Shown one piece after another: positions 53,835 through 64,000 of a stretch of DNA of 64,000 nt. Numbering within the stretch: the stretch's first letter is position 1; every line of letters begins with the position of its first letter. The translations under genes and the position numbers were made by a program. The notes beneath the pieces are model-generated. The model had not been told where the DNA came from, did not search any database, and saw only the letters and a list, made by a program, of their open reading frames with translations. Location of the stretch: positions 864,001 through 928,000 of the forward strand of contig CM000430.1 in NCBI GenBank assembly GCA_000165345.1, in the 5' to 3' direction.

Positions 53835-54975
53835 TATGAAATTCTACACTTTTGTTAATATAATCTAACTTTGATAATAGAGTTTCTTGGCTTTTTGTTT
53901 TTATATTTAAGCTTCTTTCTTAAATATTACTTTTTCCACTTTATTCTTTCTTTTTTGGTCTTTAAACCCGTATATTGAATTAAAATTCCGACTATAAAGG
54001 TACCTAAATCTTAAAAAATTTACCGACCTTTATAATTCGCTATTTTTTTTTCGTTTTCCCTCTTTATTTCCTTTTATATTACTATGCAAACAATTTTCCG
54101 ATTATGAGGGGTAAATTTTTAATTACACTTTTTGGCACCAATTACCATATTTATCACTTTAAAAATAAAATTGAAAGTAAAAAAAGAGAGAAGAATTTAT
54201 TATTCCACTTTATTAACACTCAAATTATCCAGTCCTCACTATTTTGTATATTGCTAAAAGAAATATCATTTTCCTCTTAATACTGCATTTACCCGCTACT
54301 CTTTTCATGTCAAATTTTCTGCAAACGATTTTTGTCAATCTGCATGCACAGTTGTCCACATTAACTTGTATTGAATAATCTTTTTATTTGATTAGGTGAA
54401 ATTTTGAATTATAATTTGTTTTTTTTAATTATTTTTAAATTTAGATAACAAATAAATATCCAAGTGTTAATTCATTTCTAATTATTTATTTTATTAAAAA
54501 ACTACAAACAATTACTTTAACTTTTTTTTTTAATACAGACTAATTACATAATTATTTATATGCATGCAAATTTATATACTTGGAAAAATTTGCATTATTA
54601 GTGTTCATGCAATGAAAGTAATTAAGTACTGGAGCCATATTACATGTAAAACAATTGATGTGGTAGTATTAGAAAGGGGGCAAAATAAAGTATTTAAAAA
54701 GAACAAAATCGTATGTATGAGATACTGTTAAGTTAGTTGTTTAAATAAATATTTGAATCTGTAAATTAGAATTATAAAATAGTTATGTAATTTTTTAATA
54801 TATTTTATTAGAAATTTTGTAATTGGCGGCACATTAATTGATAAAGGTCATTTCTTTACAATTGACGATATATCTGAAAAAAAAAAAATTAGGAATTAGA
54901 AATAGGGAGTTTTATTATTAACTAATAGGAAACAAATAAGACGTGGAATATAAAACATTATAGATTTTGGAAAAT

Positions 54976-56964
54976 ATGGGTGGTGGTGGAAAAAAGTTCA
55001 TTTCAAAAAAGAAGGGGATAAACCAGGGTCAACTAGGTAAGGCAATATGGAACTCTTCTCAGAAAAAGTTTGAAAGCGCATCTAATGATAAAGAACACTT
55101 GTTGGATGTTATTTGTGATAACTATAATAAGCTGAATAATAAAAGTATTATAGAAATGACAGATTTAGATGAATATTTATCAACATCTCTGAGAGCACAA
55201 GAAAATTTTGAAGAAGAAAAGGTAATAAAAATTATATCTTCACATGGAGTAAATACATCCAACATGAATTTACTTTTAAGGAAAGAAAAAATTCTTGATG
55301 GAAAAGTAATTAATTTACCAATACCTAGACGTCCAATGATATTAGTAGGACCAAATTGCAAAACTAAAAAAGCTCCCAATATGGAGTATTTGGATAACTT
55401 GGAAAAGGAAGCTTTTCTAACTTGGAGAAAGTCAATAGCAGATGAAGAGGAATTAACAGGGTTATTTGTGACTCCATTTGAAAAGAATTTAGAGTTCTGG
55501 AGACAACTATGGAGAACAATTGAAAGAAGCCACGTAGTTGTTGAGATTATTGATAGTAGAGACCCTTTATTTTTCAGAAATGTTGATTTGGAAAGATACA
55601 TTAATGAAATAGATCCTTTGAAGAAAGTAGTTTTACTTTTCAATAAGGCTGATTTCCTTACTTTGGAACTGAGAAAGCAATGGATTCAATACTTTAAAGA
55701 CAATGCTCCAAATCTAAAAGTTTACTTTTTCTCTGCTTTAAATGAAATTAATAAAAGAGAACATCTTGAATCTTACATACCTGAGGACTTTAATTTGAAA
55801 AATATTAATGATACTGATGTACTTTCAACTCATCAATTAATGTATAAACTTTATGAGCTTGCATCAGAAGTTTTCCAAGCCTCCAAACAAAGATACCTAG
55901 ACCAAAAAGAGTACAATAGTGAAGAAACTAATGAAACCACTATATCCAGCATTCGAAACGATGATACGAAAAATGGTCAAAACTCCAATAGCAGCGATGA
56001 AGAAGTAGACAGTGGGAAAAAAGATGATGATGAAGAAGAAGAGGATGACTTTGATGATGAGGAAAGTGATGAAAATGAAGAATTCAAAGAAGATGAAGAT
56101 TTTGAAGAAAATGAGAATATTCCAAATAGTATTTTAGAGAATAAATCAAAAGCTAAAACTGACTCTGAAATTTTCAACCATGTAAAATTAGACCCACTGA
56201 ATCCAGGAGAGTTGACGATAGGCATGGTTGGATTCCCAAATGTTGGAAAATCTTCAATTGTTAATGCTCTTTTTGGAAGCCAAAAGTCTTCAATAAGCAG
56301 AACTCCAGGTAAAACTAAACATTTACAAACTCTTAGATTAAAGCCTCCTCATTTAAATGATAAAGAGGAAGATCAAGATTTTATTACCTTATGTGATTGT
56401 CCAGGTCTAGTCATGCCTTCTTTTACAAGTACAAAAGAGCATCTTCTAATTAATGGTGTTACGCCTATTGATCACTTTAGAGGTAATTTTCTAGATACAA
56501 TTCAACTAATTGGAGAAAGAATAACTGCTCAACTTTATAAAACTTATTTTGATGGAATTGACTATCAAGTGCCAAGAATATTTAATTCAACTCAATTTCT
56601 AAATAAGCTTTGTGAAACTAGGCATCTGTTTCAACAAGGTAAAGGAGCAATTCCAGACTGGAGTAAGGCTGGTAGAATGATTCTAAGAGATTACTGGTCT
56701 GGAAAATTGTTATATTGTCATACTCCACCTTCTAATACTAAGAATACAATAGGCTCAGATCCTATTAAATTAACTGAATCACTGGACAAAGTTAGTATTC
56801 ATGATAATGATGAAGATTCTGATGATGATATTGCAATGCTAAAATCATCAGTATTAAATAATGACATTATTAATCCATCTGACAAAGAGAAAAAGAAAAC
56901 TAAAAGACAAATCAGAATGGAAAATAAAAAACTTATTAAAGGAAGAACTGTATGTTACTCATAG
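54976..56964 (+). CDS. LSG1: LSG1-type circularly permuted GTPase (large ribosomal subunit export/maturation)
   Basis: The G4 motif LFNKADFL precedes G1 GMVGFPNVGKSSIVNAL and G3 DCPGLV, which is the circular permutation. An acidic D/E insert is present, as is typical for LSG1. The first ATG is at 54976. Confidence 0.8.
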   Translation: MGGGGKKFISKKKGINQGQLGKAIWNSSQKKFESASNDKEHLLDVICDNYNKLNNKSIIEMTDLDEYLSTSLRAQENFEEEKVIKIISSHGVNTSNMNLLLRKEKILDGKVINLPIPRRPMILVGPNCKTKKAPNMEYLDNLEKEAFLTWRKSIADEEELTGLFVTPFEKNLEFWRQLWRTIERSHVVVEIIDSRDPLFFRNVDLERYINEIDPLKKVVLLFNKADFLTLELRKQWIQYFKDNAPNLKVYFFSALNEINKREHLESYIPEDFNLKNINDTDVLSTHQLMYKLYELASEVFQASKQRYLDQKEYNSEETNETTISSIRNDDTKNGQNSNSSDEEVDSGKKDDDEEEEDDFDDEESDENEEFKEDEDFEENENIPNSILENKSKAKTDSEIFNHVKLDPLNPGELTIGMVGFPNVGKSSIVNALFGSQKSSISRTPGKTKHLQTLRLKPPHLNDKEEDQDFITLCDCPGLVMPSFTSTKEHLLINGVTPIDHFRGNFLDTIQLIGERITAQLYKTYFDGIDYQVPRIFNSTQFLNKLCETRHLFQQGKGAIPDWSKAGRMILRDYWSGKLLYCHTPPSNTKNTIGSDPIKLTESLDKVSIHDNDEDSDDDIAMLKSSVLNNDIINPSDKEKKKTKRQIRMENKKLIKGRTVCYS

Positions 56965-57192
56965 GTTCTTCTTCTCTATAATTCTTAAGATCAAATTAGT
57001 ATTTAGAAACAATTAGAATAAATATTAGGTAATTAATCTTTGAGTATTCACTCGAGGGTGGAAAAAGAGAGAAAAAAGACCTTCACATTTCTATAAGTTA
57101 CACAAATATGATTTTTTAATATATGCCTATCAATTAAATAAAGAAAAAATAAAAATATGAATATAGTAATCTAGTTATTTCCACTAAGATAA

Positions 57193-57540
57193 CTATGCCG
57201 AGCTCGAGATGACTACACCCTCGTTGTTGCCCGTAATGTAGTTATAACCGTTTTCTTGATTTCCTTGTGCATTAGCTACTTTTTTAGCAGCCGATTTTGC
57301 TCTATATGATCTATAAATAAGAGCTAGAATTAGAATCACCAAAAAGCTAGCTCCTGCTATCAATGATGCTAGTGTAGAATCTGAATAATTCTCTGATCCT
57401 ACAGGAATTCCTTCTATAATCAATGTAGACCTGAGCATTAAAATTCCCATCAATATAAAGAAAATCGCTCCAAAAGGAGAAACTACAATTATTAACTTGG
57501 CATAAATATCCAAAATCTGCAATTTTAATGAATCCTCCAT
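57193..57540 (-). CDS. Small two-TM membrane protein, unknown function
   Basis: 115-aa ORF with two hydrophobic helices and a hydrophilic C-tail. It is flanked by promoter-like motif clusters. Confidence 0.45.
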   Translation of the reverse strand: MEDSLKLQILDIYAKLIIVVSPFGAIFFILMGILMLRSTLIIEGIPVGSENYSDSTLASLIAGASFLVILILALIYRSYRAKSAAKKVANAQGNQENGYNYITGNNEGVVISSSA

Positions 57541-57766
57541 TTTAATTTATTGAGACTCGACCCGAATTAAGCCCTTTATTAAAACTCTCACAAGAATTCT
57601 TGCCTCAGGTACGCCTAAAGGTACATACCAGTCTTGGTCCTAATCTTTACTCAGTCTTTACAAGTACTTTTTCAGAGAAAAAAAAAAGTGAAATATTCCG
57701 TCTTTCTCTTAATTTCCTCTAATAACCACTAATTCTTTTTCTTTAATCAAAACGTTTGCAAGTGTT

Positions 57767-57879
57767 TTGGCGGTCAACTGTGCTAAATTGCTAAGTTGGT
57801 GGCGGTAAAACCGCTTCATGGCGGCACCACATAGACAAAATTCCGAGGTTGAAAAAATTGTAAATTGCTGCCCGCCCTA
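57767..57879. promoter_or_regulatory. Cluster of four E2F-like GGCGG/GGCGGC motifs (TTTTGGCGGTC, TTGGTGGCGGTAAAACCGC, ATGGCGGCACC, TGCCCGCCCTA)
   Basis: Read directly from the sequence. It lies between the minus-strand small-TM gene (ATG at 57540) and the plus-strand coiled-coil gene (ATG at 58457). Confidence 0.5.
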
Positions 57880-58456
57880 AAGCTGTTATTATTACTATTA
57901 ATTCAAATAAGCCTATAGAGATGTAATCAAAATATAGAAATGTGGGGAAAATGCAAATTCGAATTTTTAAAATCAATAAAACCCTAATTATTTTAATGTT
58001 TTAAAACACCCAACTCTTATTTTTACCTTTAATTAAATTGCAGAAAGAAATACTAAAGAATTTCTGGGATATTAAAAAAAAAAAGGTTGACTATTAATAA
58101 AATGAATATTTTGCATGCAAAATGCAAGTAAAACAAATTTATCATATATTGCCTACTTTTCTTTATTTCTGAACTTTTTGTATGTTTACTATTTTTTTAA
58201 TTTATTGTAAAGTTTGTTTACATAGTCATTTACTAAAGTTTACAGTTTTCTGTTATATTGGACTAATTTCATTCTGAAACCTAAGCTATTGTAAATTTTT
58301 TTATTTCCTTTTTTTCGAGCTAATATTAAATTGAATAAATTTTTGATTTATTAATTAAGTTCCATTTTATTAATATTAATGCCAACTGTAAACTAATAGA
58401 GAACTCAGCGTTATATATATACCTATTTATATCTTTGAAATACCTGGTATAAAAAG

Positions 58457-59052
58457 ATGGATGAATCGTCTATACATTTACCTGTAATAAATACATGGAA
58501 TAAACAAATGGAGAAAGTTAAACTATTCATGAAGCAAAATTCTAACATAGACTTTGATGATATAGAAAGAAAATTTCTTATTTTACAAAAGGAAATGACT
58601 GATGAAATTAAAGGAATGCTCTTTGCAAACTATAAAAACATTGATTTTGCTCAACAAAAAGTAAGTCCATCCAATTTTTTCTTATTAGATTAAAAAATCC
58701 ACAAACTTTACTTTAATATACTTTTATTCTAATATTTATTATTAATTAACCATCTCTCTTTCAGGATTGCCCTAAAATGAATAGACTAATAACAGAGAAC
58801 AAATTATTACTTAATCAACTTAAAGAAATTGGTAAGGAATTGTTATTAAAGAGTGAACAAATTCAAGAAAAAAACGCAATGATAGACAAATATCAGAAAG
58901 AAATAAGGAAACTTGAGTTAGAGCAAACTGTGAATAAAATCCAAGAAAACATGGACAAAGATCAAAACTTGGAGCTTGTATCCAAACTCGAAAATCAAGT
59001 TTTTGCACTTAATCAGAAATTAAATATTATTAGGGATACAGTTAACAATTAG
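58457..59052 (+). CDS. Small coiled-coil protein, 2 exons
   Basis: Exons are 58457..58660 and 58765..59052. The 104-nt intron is GTAAGT..CTTTCAG in phase 0. The 163-aa product is ...FAQQK/DCPKMNRLITENKLLLNQLKEIGKELL... Confidence 0.5.
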
Positions 59053-59530
59053 ACATAAGTTGAGGTAAATTGTGACTATTTTTCAGCTTTTATTTTTTTT
59101 CTCTCTATTCTTTGTCAATCCATTTTATTGCGTTATTAATACCTCACATAAAACCACTAACTTCCAATCGTCACTCCTCTCTATAATATCTTAAGTTTTC
59201 AAAAAACTCAAACAATTTAAATCATATCTTACCCTTGTGAACAAATAACTAACTATTGTTTAGCATCTAATTCACTTGCGTTTATAACTTTAGTCAATTA
59301 AAAAGTTTCCTTCAGTTTGGCGCCAACATGGTCCATGCAGTTTATGATGAGGAGAAAAAACGCGAAAACTGAATAATAAAATTTAAGTTAACAAGTAAAA
59401 AAAATTTGTGGGTAGAATTGAAACTTTTCATGATAAGAACTAAGCCATTAGACTAATAACTAACCATTCTTGTAGTTCAACTGAGATACTTTGCTCATTT
59501 TGATCAAATTAGTGATTAGTGAAATCAGAA

Positions 59531-61825
59531 ATGATTAATGGCTTATATGGATTAATTAACACTGGTACTTCTATATTGAAAGGAGGTAGGAATCCAGAAA
59601 TTGGATTGGATGACATTCACAAAAATCGAATTAAAAATGAAATAGAACAACTTAAATTAAACCAATGCAAATTGGAAAAATGCAGGGACAATCTGACATT
59701 CGAAAATAACCGTTACCATACGCAATATTGTCATTTTCACGTCAATAATGTAACTATGTATGATAAGGAAAGTAGGAAGAATTATGTTCTAATTGATATT
59801 TCAATTATGATAGAAGATGTAGATACTTTTCTTAATAATGAAATCCCTGTACAAATAATACTATATAAAGACTTTCCATTTAGCCCTCCAGATATTACTT
59901 TTCCAAGTACATTTTGTTTCCCAAGTCTAAGTGATGGTCGCAGTTTTACAGCAGAAATCCTTCATGAATGGTCACCAAGTATCAATTTATTGACTACTGT
60001 TGATTCAATTATAAAGTTTTTAAAAAGTTATAGTACTCATATTGCAGTTGTAGGCCCTTCTGATATGTTTATAGGAAGCTATAGAAACCCCATATCATTT
60101 AACTACCAATGCTATAACTCTTTGGTATACCCAATTCTGGGTACCAAAATTATCTTTGAAGATGACGTTTTTAAACACATTTTTGAAAATAACTCTATTA
60201 AAGAACAAAATGTGATATCCCAAAGAGGAAGAAATCTGGTTTCATCATTCATTCCAATCCCCTTAAATACTAGAGGGCTTAGACGAGAAACTATGAATTG
60301 GAGAATTGAAAAGCCATGTATTAATATTGATTTTGTATTCAACAATACAAATGTGATGTTATTCGATTCCACTATGCTTGTTTTAGAAGTTTGTCAAAAA
60401 ACCAAGCAAAATGGGATATTTCAAGCAAGCAATCCCTCCAAAACCTCTTCATCTTCTGATGAAATCATATCAGACTCCACTTTGCAAGGTAATGTAGCAT
60501 ATTGGCTATATATGCCTGCAATAAGTCACATTATCGACTGTCATGGCAAGCTTATTTTTGGAAACCAAGGTACTCTCCCAGAATATATTTCAAATAAACT
60601 AAGTAAACTCGAATATTCAGAATGCCTAGTTATAATCTTAGGTTATGACTTCCTTTTTGAGAAATCTCCTATATTGTTTTATCAAAATGAAGAGTTAATC
60701 CAAACTCCTAAAGATTCAACTAGACCTATCATCATTGAACTAAAGTTTCATACTACCAAAGCTAATCATGAAAGCTCTTGTTGCCACTCTTTTGCCACAA
60801 ACTTAAGAGAGAAAGTTGCCAAATTAGATTCTAATTTCCCAAAAAACTGTCATAATCCAAAATGGAACTCCTACTTCGAGTTTGATTGTCTTTCTAACTT
60901 GAATAAGAAATATCAACAAGCAATCACTGGAAATCATATATATCTTTCATCTGAAATTATACAGAGATGGGTTGTTATATGTTCTAAGCTTATTGAACAA
61001 TCTTCCCTTCTTTCTGAAACAGACGAAAAATACATACAAGAATCATCTTCATTGGTAAAGCAGATGCAAGACATTCTAGTTAGCCCTGTTGTAAAACACA
61101 TTCTAAACTCGAATACAAGTAAGCCAAGCAAGGTCAGTAGCATTGATGAAGACCTTCAAAATGATACCTTTTATAAGCATCTCGAGGAATACTCTCCTGA
61201 GAACCCCACCAAACATGAATTATCTCAACAAGAGTCTCAAAAAGCGGAAACCCCACGCCAACAGGATGTCCAAGAAAACCAAATTCTCCACCCCATTCAT
61301 GAAATTCAGCCAATACAAAATAATCCGAATTCTATGAAAGTCACACACAAAGATGGAACTTCACCAACTCCAGAAATTCTACACATTGAAGGTACCACAC
61401 ACACTCAAGAAATTCCTTTATCACATGAAATTCTAACCATCCAAGAAACTTCTCCAATACAAGAAATTCCACCCATCCAAGAAGCTTCTCCAATACAAGA
61501 AACTCCACCCATCCAAGAAACTTCTCCAATACAAGAAATCCCAACCATCAATGAACCTTCTCATACCCATCCACAACTAATTAACCTCGACATTTCCTCA
61601 GAAACTGAAAATGATAATCATCTTGATGAATCTACCAACAACTATGGTGAAATATCAAAATCATGTGACCAAAATATGCAGATCATCCAACCATCCAATT
61701 ATACTAGTTCCCTACAAAGTGATCATCCCACATCTACAGATCCAAACCAAACATATGCTAATCAAAACTACATAAGTCTCTATGAATCTAGTAGTGATGA
61801 ATTCAGTGTTCGTGAATTTGACTAA
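59531..61825 (+). CDS. UBC-fold (UEV-like, probably catalytically inactive) domain protein with C-terminal P/Q/E-rich tandem repeats
   Basis: YKDFPFSPPDITFPSTFCFPSLSDGRSFTAEILHEWSPSINLLTTVDSIIKFL follows the E2/UEV core pattern (YPFxPPxVxF...HPN..G.ICL..L...WSP...I..VL.SI.SLL). A Ser sits in the active-site position. The C-terminus carries PIQE(T/A)(S/P) repeats. Confidence 0.5.
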   Translation: MINGLYGLINTGTSILKGGRNPEIGLDDIHKNRIKNEIEQLKLNQCKLEKCRDNLTFENNRYHTQYCHFHVNNVTMYDKESRKNYVLIDISIMIEDVDTFLNNEIPVQIILYKDFPFSPPDITFPSTFCFPSLSDGRSFTAEILHEWSPSINLLTTVDSIIKFLKSYSTHIAVVGPSDMFIGSYRNPISFNYQCYNSLVYPILGTKIIFEDDVFKHIFENNSIKEQNVISQRGRNLVSSFIPIPLNTRGLRRETMNWRIEKPCINIDFVFNNTNVMLFDSTMLVLEVCQKTKQNGIFQASNPSKTSSSSDEIISDSTLQGNVAYWLYMPAISHIIDCHGKLIFGNQGTLPEYISNKLSKLEYSECLVIILGYDFLFEKSPILFYQNEELIQTPKDSTRPIIIELKFHTTKANHESSCCHSFATNLREKVAKLDSNFPKNCHNPKWNSYFEFDCLSNLNKKYQQAITGNHIYLSSEIIQRWVVICSKLIEQSSLLSETDEKYIQESSSLVKQMQDILVSPVVKHILNSNTSKPSKVSSIDEDLQNDTFYKHLEEYSPENPTKHELSQQESQKAETPRQQDVQENQILHPIHEIQPIQNNPNSMKVTHKDGTSPTPEILHIEGTTHTQEIPLSHEILTIQETSPIQEIPPIQEASPIQETPPIQETSPIQEIPTINEPSHTHPQLINLDISSETENDNHLDESTNNYGEISKSCDQNMQIIQPSNYTSSLQSDHPTSTDPNQTYANQNYISLYESSSDEFSVREFD
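61400..61556 (+). repeat. 18-bp coding tandem repeat (CCAATACAAGAAAYTCCA / CCATCCAAGAARCTTCTC, ~8 copies)
   Basis: Alternating 18-nt units encode PIQE(I/T)P and PIQE(T/A)S. The antisense ORF 61341..61544 is an artefact of this repeat. Confidence 0.85.
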
Positions 61826-62201
61826 CTTTCTGTCAAATCCTCTTAATTCCAATCATTTTTATTTAATATTTAAAATCTCATAAAGCAACATGCAAAATTA
61901 AATATCAACTAGGCGCCCTATTCTTAGCGCTCATTGGGGCGTCAGATTACGTATAGTGGGGGGTAGAACTTTTTATATATTACAAAGTTTGAATTAGTAA
62001 AAACTAAAGTGCGTTAGAGGTGGAGGCTGTTGCGGTAGTAGTAGTGTAGTATTACTACTATAAATTGTACTATTAGAAACAAATACACAAACAAATAAAC
62101 TCAATTCATGTCTCGCTATAATTTTTAGTTATTCTATTTTTTATAAAAAACTAATTCTTGTCAGATTTTTTTATACAATTTCTTTTTCTTAATTTTCAAG
62201 G

Positions 62202-62720
62202 ATGCCAAACCCAGTTGTATACTTTGATATCTCAATCGGCCAAACTCCAGCCGGTCGTATCACTATGGAGTTGTTTGCAGATAAAGTACCAATAACAGCC
62301 GAAAACTTCAGAGCACTCTGCACTGGAGAAAAGGGAATGGGACAGTCAGGAAAGCCCCTTTGCTACACTGGATCATTCTTCCATCGTATCATTCCACAAT
62401 TCATGATCCAAGGTGGTGATTTTACTCGTGGTGATGGTACTGGTGGTGAGTCAATCTATGGCTCCAAGTTCAGAGATGAAAACTTCGTCTACACTCATGA
62501 CGCCCCATTCCTTCTCTCTATGGCTAATGCTGGTCCAAACACTAATGGATCCCAATTCTTCATTACAACTGTTCCATGCCCATGGTTGGACGGAAAGCAT
62601 GTTGTATTTGGAAAGGTTTTGGAAGGAATGGAAGTAGTAAAGAGCATTGAGAAGTGTGGTTCTCAAAATGGAAAGCCAACCAAGTCTGTATGCATCACTG
62701 CTTCTGGAGTTCTCTCTTAA
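62202..62720 (+). CDS. Cyclophilin-type peptidyl-prolyl cis-trans isomerase (CypA-like, with the [12 protein letters not shown] loop insertion)
   Basis: The 172-aa product matches cyclophilin A along its whole length ([40 protein letters not shown]...[28 protein letters not shown]...[35 protein letters not shown]). GC content is markedly higher than in flanking DNA. Confidence 0.95.
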   Translation: MPNPVVYFDISIGQTPAGRITMELFADKVPITAENFRALCTGEKGMGQSGKPLCYTGSFFHRIIPQFMIQGGDFTRGDGTGGESIYGSKFRDENFVYTHDAPFLLSMANAGPNTNGSQFFITTVPCPWLDGKHVVFGKVLEGMEVVKSIEKCGSQNGKPTKSVCITASGVLS

Positions 62721-62805
62721 GTAATTAAGGGTTTTTATGTAACCTCCATCTCTTTTTGAAGATTATGTATCCTAGGACATTAATTTTTAAGTTATTTTGA
62801 CTTCG

Positions 62806-62829
62806 TTTTATTTTTTTTTTTTTTTTTTT
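62806..62829. repeat. Poly(dT) run of about 22 nt
   Basis: Read directly from the sequence. It lies 90 bp downstream of the cyclophilin stop codon. Confidence 0.9.
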
Positions 62830-63066
62830 GCTAAGCTATTAGGACTCCTTATTCCCTGCCTCATTCTGCTGCTTTATGGGACAGCTTCTGATGAATCATA
62901 TAGAAAATATCTTTTCTAAACTTGTTTCCTTCAAACTTGTACTCCCTTCTGGAGCCGAGGTATGTCATTATAGGCACCCTTGCTGGTTTGTTTACGTAGA
63001 TCTCTAAAAGCCGTTAGTATTTCTACATCCATTCAACCAAGTTAAGTTAGCAATGTAAGAATGGTA

Positions 63067-64000
63067 TTATTCTCCTTGAAAAGAGATAATTGATTGAATC
63101 AAATCTGATTTTCTTGCCCTCTGGCTGATCTCCAATTGAAGTTTACTACAAACATCCTTTAACTCAATAACCTTCATAGAATTTAATATATTCTCATCAT
63201 AATGAGGAATCTTAGCAATTTTTGCTACTTTGCTCGTCTTTTTACCTGATTTCTTTGATTCTACGGATGATGATTTACTAGACCTTCCTGACCCTGACTT
63301 TTCTTTCTCAATAGTCTTCAATTCAGGAGCATTCTCAACTTCCGGATTTGCAGCTTCTGCTGCTTTCACAACACGATTCCTAAGTAAAGGAGCTCTTAGT
63401 CTACCCAAATTAGTCTTTCCTAACACACTTTTCAAAGGATTTTCCTCCTTTTCCAACTTCTCTTCTTGAATAATAGGCTCAGTATCCTTGCTAATACTCT
63501 TTTTAGATTCTGAACTATCTTCATTTTGTGGACGCCTTAAACGACTCTTTTTTAAAGTGGGAGCCTCTTTAGAAACTTTATTCGTTGAATTATTTTCATC
63601 TGCATGTTCTTCCTGTGTTCTTTTCTTAGACTTGATTTTGGATGCAATTTGCTTTTCATCATTACCTTGAACTACTTTTTCAGAGGTAATCTTTTCATTC
63701 AGTAACTTTTCAATCTGAGCATTCATCTCATTTAACTGAGTCTTTAAACTGTTCTTTTCCTCGGTGAGCTCGCTCAACTTCTTTTCATAATCTTTATTCA
63801 TCTGTTGAAAATCTTTTGAAGATTTTTCAAGTTCAAAAATCTTCTTTTCCTTGGATTCCATATCTAATTCTCTCAAGCTTAATTGTTCAGTAATTCTCGC
63901 AACCTCCCCTTGCAAGATCTCATTTTCATGTTCCAATTCACCCATACCCATCATCTGATCCCTTAATATATCAATATATGCTTCAAATTTTCGAGTTTCA
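63067..64000 (-). CDS. SAP-domain coiled-coil protein (5' end beyond the window)
   Basis: The C-terminal SAP motif is LNSMKVIELKDVCSKLQLEISQRARKSDLIQSIISF, preceded by a K/E-rich coiled coil. The frame stays open from 63954 to the window edge, so the CDS continues upstream on the minus strand. Confidence 0.6.
   Translation of the reverse strand, partial: ETRKFEAYIDILRDQMMGMGELEHENEILQGEVARITEQLSLRELDMESKEKKIFELEKSSKDFQQMNKDYEKKLSELTEEKNSLKTQLNEMNAQIEKLLNEKITSEKVVQGNDEKQIASKIKSKKRTQEEHADENNSTNKVSKEAPTLKKSRLRRPQNEDSSESKKSISKDTEPIIQEEKLEKEENPLKSVLGKTNLGRLRAPLLRNRVVKAAEAANPEVENAPELKTIEKEKSGSGRSSKSSSVESKKSGKKTSKVAKIAKIPHYDENILNSMKVIELKDVCSKLQLEISQRARKSDLIQSIISFQGE

Noticed and set aside
61341-61544. 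Minus-strand ORF encoding LVLEKFLGWVEF repeats
   Set aside because: It is the reverse-complement reading of the 18-bp coding tandem repeat in the UEV-like gene.

Overview
This window is eukaryotic nuclear DNA, about 70% AT, gene-dense, and uses the standard genetic code. I count about 29 protein-coding genes on both strands, roughly one per 2.2 kb. Most large genes are intronless. Several small genes carry one or two short spliceosomal introns of 62-104 nt, with GTAAGT, GTATGT or GTGAGT donors and (T)AG acceptors. The six-frame ORF track therefore splits these genes into pieces; I rejoined the pieces by reading across the junctions.

Protein-level calls from sequence are:
- a 5'-truncated ABCC-type ABC transporter;
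- two RecA/RAD51-family paralogs;
- a CDK-like kinase;
- ERH (enhancer of rudimentary homolog);
- a MIF4G (eIF4G-like) protein;
- deoxyhypusine synthase;
- a protein with an FABP/calycin-like domain;
- EF-1beta;
- V-ATPase subunit H;
- a two-RRM hnRNP-like protein;
- a MYB-related protein of the SHAQKYF class;
- an ER multi-EF-hand protein of the CREC/reticulocalbin type, ending in RDEL;
- a coiled-coil protein resembling SF-assemblin;
- an SNF2 ATPase with RING and F-box motifs;
- a patatin-like lipase of the SDP1/TGL4 type;
- an RPA2-like protein;
- an LSG1 GTPase;
- a UEV-like protein;
- cyclophilin;
- a SAP-domain protein;
- several membrane, secreted or coiled-coil proteins of unknown function.

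Long coding tracts of poly-N, poly-Q/H and poly-S/T are common. I saw no rRNA, tRNA, CRISPR array or transposon.

The most distinctive non-coding signal is a shared motif vocabulary in nearly every 5' intergenic region. It consists of GC-rich E2F-like palindromes (TTTGGCGCCAAA, TTTCCCGCC), TGCATGCA boxes and TTACGT(A/G) cores, all set in AT-rich DNA.

Organism identity is inferred and unresolved. The motif set and the SF-assemblin-like gene favour a Cryptosporidium-like apicomplexan or other alveolate. The poly-Q/N tracts and the FABP-like gene would also fit a dictyostelid-like amoebozoan.
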